A DNA stretch of 25,101 nt from a virus. The DNA is taken from the IMG/VR virus record IMGVR_UViG_3300009165_000006; one strand, given 5' to 3'. Within the stretch, counting starts at the first letter, position 1; every line of letters starts with the position of its first letter. Both the position numbers and the translations under genes were made by a program. The notes under the pieces are model-generated. The model was not told where the DNA came from. It saw only the letters and a program-made list of their open reading frames with translations, and ran no database searches. Shown piece after piece: positions 7,826-15,218 of the stretch.

Positions 7826-8380
7826 TTAGGCCCGTCTCGTAAGCCACTCCCGACAATCGGCGAGTTGGGCTTTTCTCTCTTCCTTCTCACTAGGGACAGC
7901 ACTAACAGCCGTTCGAATAACTGTTAGTGCCCTAGTCCGGGCACTAGTATCAACGGCAACAGCCCAAGCAACTCGAGCAGCCCCATGAGCAGCCTCCCAA
8001 GCATCCATTGAAGGGGCATCATCAGCCATTGAAGGAGCCTCAGAAACAGCCAAAGCAGCTGCCCCTAGCGCTTTAGCTGAGATCTCTTCCCCCTCAGCGT
8101 AACGGTCGCATAGGTCGAGAGCTCGAAGGGTAGCAGGATGGTCCCAACCTGTCTCTGTGCAGGCTCGGCGCGCAGCCCTAGCCGCCACGTAGACCATCCC
8201 CCTTCCCCCAAGAATCTCTTCACGTAGGAGAAGCCCTATCTTGTTCTCAGAGGAAATCGGGGCTTCGAACACCTTCAGCGCCTCCATTGGAAGTTGTTCA
8301 CTCGGGATGAGGTTGGAAACCTCCCACCCCTCAAGAAGTCCACTCGTAAGAACGACCCCATTTCGTTCGGTTTGGCTCAT
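7826..8380 (-). CDS. Family D hypothetical protein (184 aa), copy 2
   Basis: Promoter TTGAGA(8409-8414 rc)-17-TAATAG(8386-8391 rc)-6-ATG. Paralog of 3977..4591. Confidence 0.7.
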   Translation of the reverse strand: MSQTERNGVVLTSGLLEGWEVSNLIPSEQLPMEALKVFEAPISSENKIGLLLREEILGGRGMVYVAARAARRACTETGWDHPATLRALDLCDRYAEGEEISAKALGAAALAVSEAPSMADDAPSMDAWEAAHGAARVAWAVAVDTSARTRALTVIRTAVSAVPSEKEERKAQLADCREWLTRRA

Positions 8381-8472
8381 GCCCTCTATTACGCACGAGC
8401 ACCCGAACTCTCAACTTCTTTCTACTCTATCTATGTAAGTAGAGGACTACCCCATGAGGGTACGGGTTCCTA

Positions 8473-8540
8473 CGGTTCTTACAACTACACGTAGGCAAGA
8501 ACCACGCTCGTTACTATTGATTCGAGCGCGCTCGTCACTT
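8473..8540. promoter_or_regulatory. conserved bipartite element, copy 2: AACTACACGTAG-16-TTACTATTG-21-ACGTGTAGGC
   Basis: Identical block order and spacing to 3607-3674. Internal GAGCGCGCTC palindrome in this copy. Confidence 0.6.
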
Positions 8541-8739
8541 ACGTGTAGGCTACCTTATCTTTCGTACCTACCATAGCTAATCATACCCTCGCCTACATAG
8601 GTATAGACGTATGACAAACACTACCTCATATCTTATAGGACTACCCTACCTACACTTGCGCGAAGCGCCTGTTCTGGTGTGGTTATCCGACACCTACTAC
8701 TTTCACAGTAAATCACGATGCGCCGAAGGCGCATCGTCG

Positions 8740-8940
8740 GATGTGTGTAGGAAACCTCACAACACAACTGGGGGTTGTGTAAAACACACAGTTCTGCAGG
8801 GAAACTGTGTGCTGTTTTCAAATGTGTAGTAAAAACACTGCACAAGTCAATTGCACGAAAGTGCCGTGATTTGTATAGTGTTTTGCCGTTTGTCGCGTTT
8901 ATTTGGAATTTTAGATCAGGTGGGTTTGATATTCGGGAGG
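8740..8940. other. AT-rich, A-tract and short-hairpin-rich region (candidate DNA unwinding element) in the divergent control region
   Basis: Local AT enrichment with TGTGT/ACACA repeats and small inverted repeats (e.g. ACACACAGTT..AACTGTGTG, GATGCGCC gaa GGCGCATC at about 8715-8735). Sits between the minus- and plus-strand gene blocks. Confidence 0.4.
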
Positions 8941-8944
8941 TCTG

Positions 8945-9140
8945 GTGATATACAAAACGGTCGGTCGGTGCTATACGAGCCCGTAGGCCGAGTGATATAC
9001 AAAACCGAACCAAGAACCAAAGTGATATACAAGCCCACGGGCAGGCTTCGCAGGCCAATGGGCTTGTATATCACTGACCCAAGAGCCGGGATAATTTGTA
9101 TATCACTGACCCAAGAGCCGGAAAGGAAAGTGATATACAA
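8945..9140. repeat. iteron array: 6 copies of GTGATATACAA (direct at 8945, 8992, 9022, 9130; inverted at 9065, 9096), including a 26-bp direct repeat TTGTATATCACTGACCCAAGAGCCGG x2 (9065-9090, 9096-9121)
   Basis: Read directly. Spacings of about 30-31 bp (three helical turns). Typical of plasmid/phage origin iterons, partition sites or operator arrays. Confidence 0.75.
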
Positions 9141-9175
9141 GTTCAAAGCTGCGGTGTATGACGGCTTATTCGAGC

Positions 9176-9526
9176 ATGGCCGTCAAGAACTACACGAAAA
9201 CTATACTCATTCGGGCAAGGGATGGGAAAGCACGGTCATGGGCGCTTCGCGCCAGTGAGAGTGGGAAGCGCCTATCGACTTGGATACGGGAGTCACTCAA
9301 TGAGAGGGCTGGGTACAAGCCTGATGGGTTGTCATCTGAGTCCATCTCACCTGAGCCTGAGGTGGGACCTGAACCAGTTATCGAGCCTGAAGTAGGGGAG
9401 TCAACTTCAGAGTCTGAGCGACCAGTTGACGAGGGCACTCAAGGTTCACCTGTTGGGGTTGGAGCCTCTCTCATTACGGATGACGAGATGCGGGTGATAC
9501 TTGATGACGTGTTGGGTAGGGGTTGA
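9176..9526 (+). CDS. ribbon-helix-helix (CopG/Arc/ParG-like) DNA-binding protein with acidic/Ser-Pro-Glu-rich disordered C-terminal tail
   Basis: N-terminus KTILIRARDGKARSWALRASESGKRLSTWIRESL fits the beta-strand/helix/helix RHH pattern. Start chosen at the second ATG (MAVKNY); ORF track starts at 9158. Immediately follows the iterons. Confidence 0.55.
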   Translation: MAVKNYTKTILIRARDGKARSWALRASESGKRLSTWIRESLNERAGYKPDGLSSESISPEPEVGPEPVIEPEVGESTSESERPVDEGTQGSPVGVGASLITDDEMRVILDDVLGRG

Positions 9527-9901
9527 GCTACTGACGATGTTCTAGCTGGCTGAGATGTCATGTGGCTCCATTACGGTCGAGGGGGTCTTCTTGGTGGGTT
9601 GCCACTTGAAGGCATCGGGGAACTGAAGGGTACCGAGCTTGAGGGGTATTGCTTAGGGTTGAGGTGCCACAGGTCATCGTCTATACCAACGACAGTGCTG
9701 CGGTTGGTATTGGTGTTCCAAGACTCTCTAGGCTTGGTGGTGGCTTATGGGGAGGTGTTCTATCTTGAGGGTTGGCCTAGGGCGTGTCCGTAGGCGAAGT
9801 AGAAACCGACTGTGCTATTCTGGCCGAGTCTTTGTCCTTCGATGGCGGGACAGTAAACCAAAAGCTTGCGTTTGCCTACGCGTTTTAGTACACATAGGCG
9901 T

Positions 9902-10288
9902 ATGACAGCATTTGCCCTTGGAGACATCGTTCTCGTAGCACGTCAACCGAAGGATATGATGGTTCACATTGTTGGCGAGGTAGGAGTCATTGAATCCTTG
10001 ACCTCTACCCATGCATCGATTACGTGTTTGAAGCTTGACGGTTCGATGTCGGGGTGCGGGGCTGTTCTACTGGACTGTCTTGAGCACGAGACCCGCTCTC
10101 ATTGGAGGCGAGCCAAAGAGATTCGGGACGCGAACGCTGCACAGAGCTTTGCCGAGGGTATGGAGCGGACCGAGAGATACCGTGCTCGAATGGCTGCACT
10201 GTCGGCCAAGTATGGGATCTCGGTTGAGAACGTGAAAGCTCTCTACTCGGACATTGTAGCGCTGAATAATCGGGGGTGGTGGTCGTAA
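9902..10288 (+). CDS. hypothetical protein (about 128 aa)
   Basis: ORF 9866..10288. ATG 9902 (MTAFALGD) preferred. Protein-like composition. First gene of a start/stop-overlapping plus-strand operon. Confidence 0.5.
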   Translation: MTAFALGDIVLVARQPKDMMVHIVGEVGVIESLTSTHASITCLKLDGSMSGCGAVLLDCLEHETRSHWRRAKEIRDANAAQSFAEGMERTERYRARMAALSAKYGISVENVKALYSDIVALNNRGWWS

Positions 10289-10494
10289 TGATGTACCGAG
10301 TAACGTACAACGTCTTTCTATCCTCTTCTGGTGAGCGGGTTACGGGTAGCCAGGTCATTGTTGAGGTCTCGGTCGAGGGTGGGGAGGATGTCAATGACGT
10401 AGCCTATGGGGAGGCGTCCAACTTGTTGGTTGAGAAGTTTGTCGTAGGTGGTGGTGAATCTCTTGGACCGCCTGTATCTGTTGAGAGGCTATGA
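10276..10494 (+). CDS. hypothetical small protein (about 67-72 aa)
   Basis: Overlaps the upstream stop and the downstream start (ATGATG at 10491). Start uncertain (10276 or 10291). Confidence 0.4.
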   Translation: MVVVMMYRVTYNVFLSSSGERVTGSQVIVEVSVEGGEDVNDVAYGEASNLLVEKFVVGGGESLGPPVSVERL

Positions 10495-10964
10495 TGGACG
10501 AAGTGATTGAGCTACTGGAGAAACGTGGGGCTTGTGATTCATCTCTTGATTGGTTGAGCGGGTTACCTTTGGGGACGACACTTCAAGAGGCGTGGGAGCG
10601 ATGTGAGAATGGGTCATGGCTTCTTTGGTTACTTGTTCGAGTCTACCCTAAGAGTGCGGCTTACCACCAGTTCATACTCAGGGTAGCGAATCGGGCAATC
10701 GAGGTAGCCGGCGGTGACTCTGTTCTTGTCCAAGTTGTCCGGGACAAGGAAGTCTGGTGTCAAGTGGCAACACCTTTGGAGTTGGAGTCTTCGATAACGT
10801 GGTCGAAGGATGCAGCTTGGCAAGCGAGCCTTTCACTTGTGTGGGACCGTTTGGGTAAGGGGCGCTCGCCCGAGTGGTTTGCAGAGCTGAGGGCTCGGGC
10901 AGATGATCTTCGTTCTCTCTTCAGCAGGCCGGATCTGAGCTTAGTTCGCAAGGGGAAGTCGTGA
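10491..10964 (+). CDS. hypothetical protein (157 aa)
   Basis: Clean ORF in the operon. No recognisable motifs. Confidence 0.55.
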   Translation: MMDEVIELLEKRGACDSSLDWLSGLPLGTTLQEAWERCENGSWLLWLLVRVYPKSAAYHQFILRVANRAIEVAGGDSVLVQVVRDKEVWCQVATPLELESSITWSKDAAWQASLSLVWDRLGKGRSPEWFAELRARADDLRSLFSRPDLSLVRKGKS

Positions 10965-10980
10965 AGTTTGGACCTTTCTC

Positions 10981-11265
10981 ATGCCCCTTGGAGTTTGTTT
11001 GTACAAAAGAAGCGAGGTAGCCGTGAAGTTTCAAATCGTAACCTACAACCAGGCTCAAAGGCTGTGTTGTTACCCTTCAACAAGTAAGAAGCGCTACTTA
11101 GCGATGACTGTTCCGTTTGGGCTTCAGGGCGAAGAACCTTTTCGAGCTGAGGGTGATACTCGGGAGGAGGCCAAGGCGAACCTGATAGTCTTGGTTCAGC
11201 GGTTCCTTGACGATTACCCTGAGCTTGAGGTAACTGAGGTTGACCTTCAACCAAGTCACGTTTGA
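10981..11265 (+). CDS. HicB-like / UPF0150-family small protein (antitoxin-like fold)
   Basis: VPFGLQGEEPFRAEGDTREEAKANLIVLVQRFL matches the UPF0150 signature (P.lPGc...GeTlEEAlenl). Start may instead be GTG 11023. No HicA-like partner recognised nearby. Confidence 0.45.
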   Translation: MPLGVCLYKRSEVAVKFQIVTYNQAQRLCCYPSTSKKRYLAMTVPFGLQGEEPFRAEGDTREEAKANLIVLVQRFLDDYPELEVTEVDLQPSHV

Positions 11266-11386
11266 CAAGGGGGCGAGCACCGAGGGAAGGTTGGGAGTCT
11301 CAGGGGAAGTACTCGAAGGCTTCCCCTGTTAGGGGGATCAACGTCTGACTTCTTTGATGGGGAGGCCTGGAAGCGGAAGAACGTGG

Positions 11387-11590
11387 TCATACTTCGTCAT
11401 TGGAGATCAGGATATAGGGCTGACCTTCTTCGTAGCCGAAGTCTTCGCCAGTAATGTCGGCCTTGGTTGGTTCAACCTTGTCTATGATGAAGGGCGGAGC
11501 GTCTATGTGGACGAGGTAGAAGACCTCCAGGTCACCTGGGTTGGATTCTCGTATGGTTTGAAGTCTTTGGATGAGGTTATCGAGTGTCAT
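11387..11590 (-). CDS. hypothetical acidic small protein (67 aa); the alternative is the plus-strand ORF 11354..11650
   Basis: Both strands are open here. The minus-strand product looks more protein-like but it sits inside an otherwise plus-strand operon and lacks a clean promoter. Unresolved. Confidence 0.25.
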   Translation of the reverse strand: MTLDNLIQRLQTIRESNPGDLEVFYLVHIDAPPFIIDKVEPTKADITGEDFGYEEGQPYILISNDEV

Positions 11591-11927
11591 GGTGGCAAAC
11601 TACAGGGATCCAGTGCGGATGGTACGGGACATCCGGGCTCACGTCCATGAGCATGGGCATCGAGTTCAGCCGGCGGACGACCCAATGAGGCAGATGCTTG
11701 GGTACATGTGTCCGACCTGCGAGGTGTTTTGGACGTGTGGGTTACTGGCGCTTCGGGAGCTGGACGAGGCACGACTTATGGGCACACCTCTGACGGGTGT
11801 GGTTCAGAGGCGGGACGTACGGGAGCGGCTGACGGCCTACCTGAACTGGGAGCTTGACGACCCTCGGCCTACAGAGCCCTCAAAAGTTCCTGTTTTAAGT
11901 CGATACAAGCGGCCATGGGTGGTATAG
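11571..11927 (+). CDS. His/Cys-motif domain protein (family E), single-domain copy
   Basis: Paralog of 23224..23856: DPVRMVRDIRAHVHEHGHRVQPADDPMRQMLGYMCPTCE vs DPVQMIRDIRYHVRLTGHRAIPGDDPRRAMLGWICSTCE. Both end RY(K/H)RPWV(V/I). True start probably ATG 11589 (MVANYRDPV). Confidence 0.6.
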   Translation: MRLSSVMVANYRDPVRMVRDIRAHVHEHGHRVQPADDPMRQMLGYMCPTCEVFWTCGLLALRELDEARLMGTPLTGVVQRRDVRERLTAYLNWELDDPRPTEPSKVPVLSRYKRPWVV

Positions 11928-12421
11928 AATTGGCTATTACGATGGTCTATGAGTTCAAAGCCAATGGGAAAGTCATTTACGGATATCGGTTCGATCATCA
12001 ACTACTTCAAGTAGTTGATGGGATGGAGCCCGTGTGCCAGTCAAACTCTTCCCATGTAGTTGTACCGGGCGGGCTCTACTGTCCCCAGTGTGGTTCAACG
12101 GTGAAAAAGCGGGATCGGATGGTGCCTTCGCCAATCGTAGTCGAGTATGCTACTCAGTATGGGATGTCCATTGACGTGGCGCTATCTACTCTTCTCAACT
12201 GTCAGCATCAAGTACCTCAGCAGTGGTTTGATCCGAACGATAGTGAAGACTGGCTATTTGGGGTTACGGTCGTGGATGGAGGGGCGAACACTTGCACGGA
12301 GTTCTACCCGTTTTGGCATCCGGATCGAATCGAGGGCTTAGAGAAGGCGGTTCTGCTCTTCACTGACCTCGGATTGGATCCCGCAGGGGCGAAGTACTAC
12401 CTCTTAGTGAAACCGTCATGA
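11915..12421 (+). CDS. hypothetical protein (168 aa) with CPQCG zinc-ribbon-like motif
   Basis: Start overlaps the upstream stop within a CCATGGGTG context. The same context occurs at 23842-23850. Confidence 0.55.
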   Translation: MGGIELAITMVYEFKANGKVIYGYRFDHQLLQVVDGMEPVCQSNSSHVVVPGGLYCPQCGSTVKKRDRMVPSPIVVEYATQYGMSIDVALSTLLNCQHQVPQQWFDPNDSEDWLFGVTVVDGGANTCTEFYPFWHPDRIEGLEKAVLLFTDLGLDPAGAKYYLLVKPS

Positions 12422-12636
12422 CGGTGTTAAGTGCACTCATGACTAACTCGAAAGCAGTGCCGAACCAAGTCATCTATCAAGGGGTGCTGGATGATGGACA
12501 GATCATACTCACCTCTGTCCATCATCCTTCGGAGTATGTGAGTGAGGATGGGAAGGTGGTCATGACGTGTGAATCTGTCGAAGAAATCCCACTAAACAGC
12601 AGTTTCCCAGAACCCAAGACCCACTCCCAATCTTAA
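12418..12636 (+). CDS. hypothetical protein (72 aa)
   Basis: ATGA start/stop overlap with the upstream gene. Confidence 0.45.
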   Translation: MTVLSALMTNSKAVPNQVIYQGVLDDGQIILTSVHHPSEYVSEDGKVVMTCESVEEIPLNSSFPEPKTHSQS

Positions 12637-12849
12637 CACAAAGGTCTCTGTGGACATAGTTGTACAGAAATAAGAGAGGTGGTTACCCAGTGACTAATGC
12701 ACCTATTACTCCATGCTAAGTATGACTCAACACCTAAATGAGGATTCAAGTCCAAGGGTACATTCCGCCCTAAAGAAACCTAAGAAGCTTAAAGGACGTT
12801 CGAGAGTTGACAAGGATTGCAGGTTAGTCTCGAAAGGTTACTTGGTACA

Positions 12850-13095
12850 ATGTACTCTGAAGTTCTAAGGTATTTAGCAGTTGGGCTGGGTGGGTACTCC
12901 CTGGCTTTGCTGACGATTGCGGTGATCGATTGGCAGGCGAATCGCATTCGTCGACGGCGTGGCTTTTGGTCAATCTCGCCCGATGGTTCCGACGTGATGT
13001 GGCAGAAGGGCGATTTGAAGCTTCACTTTTCTATGATCTCTCGTGAAATTCAGCAAGAGCAACCAGTCCAGACGCAACGTAAAGGGATGGACTGA
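12850..13095 (+). CDS. small membrane protein (one TM helix YLAVGLGGYSLALLTIAVI followed by RRRR); holin-like topology is speculative
   Basis: ORF 12817..13095, with ATG 12850 preferred (AAAGG about 13 nt upstream). Convergent with the beta-helix gene. Confidence 0.4.
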   Translation: MYSEVLRYLAVGLGGYSLALLTIAVIDWQANRIRRRRGFWSISPDGSDVMWQKGDLKLHFSMISREIQQEQPVQTQRKGMD

Positions 13096-13207
13096 AAGGA
13101 TACTTTCAGGGCATGGCCGACCTATTACGGATCTGCATCTTCATCGGACTGTGGGTCTGCGAAGTCTATCTCTGTCGTATGCTTTATCGAGCGTGTTGAA
13201 AGAAGGT

Positions 13208-13250
13208 GGTCTTCGAGTGATCCTAGTTCGATTGGGCTCGAAGGACCTTT
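13208..13250. terminator. hairpin GGTCTTCGAG...CTCGAAGGACC followed by TTT, between convergent genes
   Basis: Inverted repeat read directly. Short T-run only. Confidence 0.35.
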
Positions 13251-13253
13251 GAC

Positions 13254-15218
13254 TCAGTAGGCATCAATCTCGACAGTGAAGTCTCCGGGGCTAACGGGTG
13301 AGTTAGATTCTAGTTGTACTGCGAGGAATGAGGCTCGTTCGAACAGTATAGAAGATTTGTAATTCTCTGCCATAGTGATCCCGTTAGTGATGCTCACACT
13401 CACTGGAGTGTGGATCCCCTGTCCGGCGATACCACTCAAGGACTTGAGTGCCGTTGCCTTAACCACAGTGGTGCCTAAATCTGTGTTCCTAACTACGATG
13501 GAGATCCCTTGCACGATGGTATCTTGCTGGAAGCGGTAGAATACCTGGGTACTGTCCAACGCGGTCTGCAGTCCTTGCCATAGGTACCTGATACCATTAG
13601 GCAGGTTACCTCGATAGCCATACACGAAAGTATTTGGTCTCGTGTATGTTGAGAAAGGCTTGCCATTGGTACTTTTCGTAACCAAGTCAACACCAGGCCC
13701 GACGTTGATGCCATTGGGCACGTTACCCGAGAGCGGTAGGAGTTGAAGGATATCCGATCCGTTGTACTTGGGCACAAACGTTAGATCATCTGTATCCACA
13801 GTACCCACGGTAGTGCAGATGAATGCGTGTCCTTCATCTGTACCACCCTCCACAGTTATGTAGGCATTGAAGGAAGTTGTTCCTGCGGGCATATCCCCAG
13901 CCCGAGTCCAGGCTCCAGTCGAATTGTAGGTCCAAGTACCATTGTTTACTGCACTTGTGGCCTGATCCAAGAATAGGCGATCTCCTTCGGCGGGCGTGTA
14001 GGAGCCTTGAGCTGCTCTAGATCCTGTAGGGGATCCCCCTGTATACCTGGCCATCACGGGCAACTTGAGATCTACCCCGCTATAGGTGTGTCTCCAGGTT
14101 AGAGGATCTGTGCCAACTGTGGCTGGGTAACTAACACAGAGCCACTTTTGGGACGCGAAGCTTCCTTCTTGCACCTCTATCCAAGATCCACTGGCATTGC
14201 TGCCAAGGGGCATATCTGCCGCACGGGTCCAAGCCTCACTAGCAACTATCCAAACAGAGTTCTGGGTTTCTGTGTTTTGACTTCCGAGGAGGATTCGGTC
14301 ACCAGCGACCAGTGTGACTCCTTGAATGGTTTGGATCCCTGATAGAGTCGTGTTCACAAGTGAGAACAGGCGTACCGAGGGGTTAGTAGTTGGTGATTGA
14401 TAGGGTACTCCAGATATGGAGGTTGTTCTTAGCTGGATTTGGCTGTTGTTATTCTCACAGCAAACCCCAGTGTAGTTACCCGCTGAGGCCAAGTCTCGTG
14501 GGGCGGCAACGTAAATGTTTGAGTCTCTCCAGGAGATCTGACACCCGGAGCCTGTCGGGGGCAAGTAGATCCCGTACTTGTGGCCATTCCCGTTGGAACG
14601 GAGATTCATTGTGCTACTTCGAGTTTGATTGAAGCTGAACGTTGCTGGCCCAAGGATACCGGTACCTGTCACGTAGAGGCCATACACGTTGGTGGTACTG
14701 CCCGTCGAGACTGTGGCGTTATCTATATTGAGAACGCAAGTTCTGATCTTCGATGTGATTGACGTCGTACCCGGGAGCTCAAGTAGTACTAGGTTAGCCG
14801 TATCTGATGTTGACGTTAAGTTCAGGGTCAGATCCTCTATACGAGAATTCTCCCCCATCGTGATCATTGTAGCGCTTACAGAGGTAGTGAGTGTGATGCT
14901 GCACACTTGCAAGCTGAATCCACGCATTGAGCAGGTGGCGGGCATTACGAACCCGGCAGCGATAGTATACCGCCCCGGTAAGAGCCACATAGTCACTTCC
15001 GTGAAGCCATACGTATTGATGTAGGCGATGGCGGCTTCAACTGTTTTGAAGGGTAATCCGTTGATCACTCCCGTTGAGTCATTCCCGTTGACGTCATCGA
15101 TGATGATGACGTCACCAAGGCTAAAGGAGTTGGGTCCCCCGGGGACGTTGAGCTTTCGGATGATAGTCCCGAAGTCATCACGAGCGAGTTCTTGTGGTGT
15201 AACTGTCATATTATCCAA
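13254..15218 (-). CDS. right-handed beta-helix protein (DUF1565/pectate-lyase-like N-terminal signature GNDSTG..PFKTVEAAI...LLPGRY); probable tailspike / tail fibre / depolymerase
   Basis: 654-aa ORF, Thr/Ser/Asn/Gly-rich. Internal tandem roughly 60-aa repeat (GDRILLGSQN...AWTRAADMPLG... / GDRLFLDQAT...AWTRAGDMPAG...). Overlaps the upstream gene by 8 nt. Confidence 0.65.
   Translation of the reverse strand: MDNMTVTPQELARDDFGTIIRKLNVPGGPNSFSLGDVIIIDDVNGNDSTGVINGLPFKTVEAAIAYINTYGFTEVTMWLLPGRYTIAAGFVMPATCSMRGFSLQVCSITLTTSVSATMITMGENSRIEDLTLNLTSTSDTANLVLLELPGTTSITSKIRTCVLNIDNATVSTGSTTNVYGLYVTGTGILGPATFSFNQTRSSTMNLRSNGNGHKYGIYLPPTGSGCQISWRDSNIYVAAPRDLASAGNYTGVCCENNNSQIQLRTTSISGVPYQSPTTNPSVRLFSLVNTTLSGIQTIQGVTLVAGDRILLGSQNTETQNSVWIVASEAWTRAADMPLGSNASGSWIEVQEGSFASQKWLCVSYPATVGTDPLTWRHTYSGVDLKLPVMARYTGGSPTGSRAAQGSYTPAEGDRLFLDQATSAVNNGTWTYNSTGAWTRAGDMPAGTTSFNAYITVEGGTDEGHAFICTTVGTVDTDDLTFVPKYNGSDILQLLPLSGNVPNGINVGPGVDLVTKSTNGKPFSTYTRPNTFVYGYRGNLPNGIRYLWQGLQTALDSTQVFYRFQQDTIVQGISIVVRNTDLGTTVVKATALKSLSGIAGQGIHTPVSVSITNGITMAENYKSSILFERASFLAVQLESNSPVSPGDFTVEIDAY

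Noticed and set aside
8633-9258. ORFs 8633..9058 (-) and 8851..9258 (+) spanning the iteron array
   Set aside because: They run straight through the phased GTGATATACAA repeats and the AT-rich tract. The composition is repeat-driven, with no promoter or RBS. Treated as a non-coding origin or operator region.
9560-9793. 77-aa ORF in the 9527-9900 gap
   Set aside because: It is Gly/Leu-rich and low-complexity with no start signals. The gap is treated as non-coding (it contains three TTGAGG hexamers).
12640-12816. tRNA-like T-loop strings (GGATTCAAGTCC at about 12744, GGGTTCAACCCC at about 16456, GGTTCGAGC at about 20646)
   Set aside because: The flanking bases do not form T-stems or acceptor stems, and two of the three are inside coding sequence. 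No credible tRNA was found by eye. A tRNAscan-type search is still advisable.
13043-13252. 69-aa plus-strand ORF between the convergent genes
   Set aside because: It overlaps the terminator-like hairpins and the end of the preceding gene in another frame. No signals.
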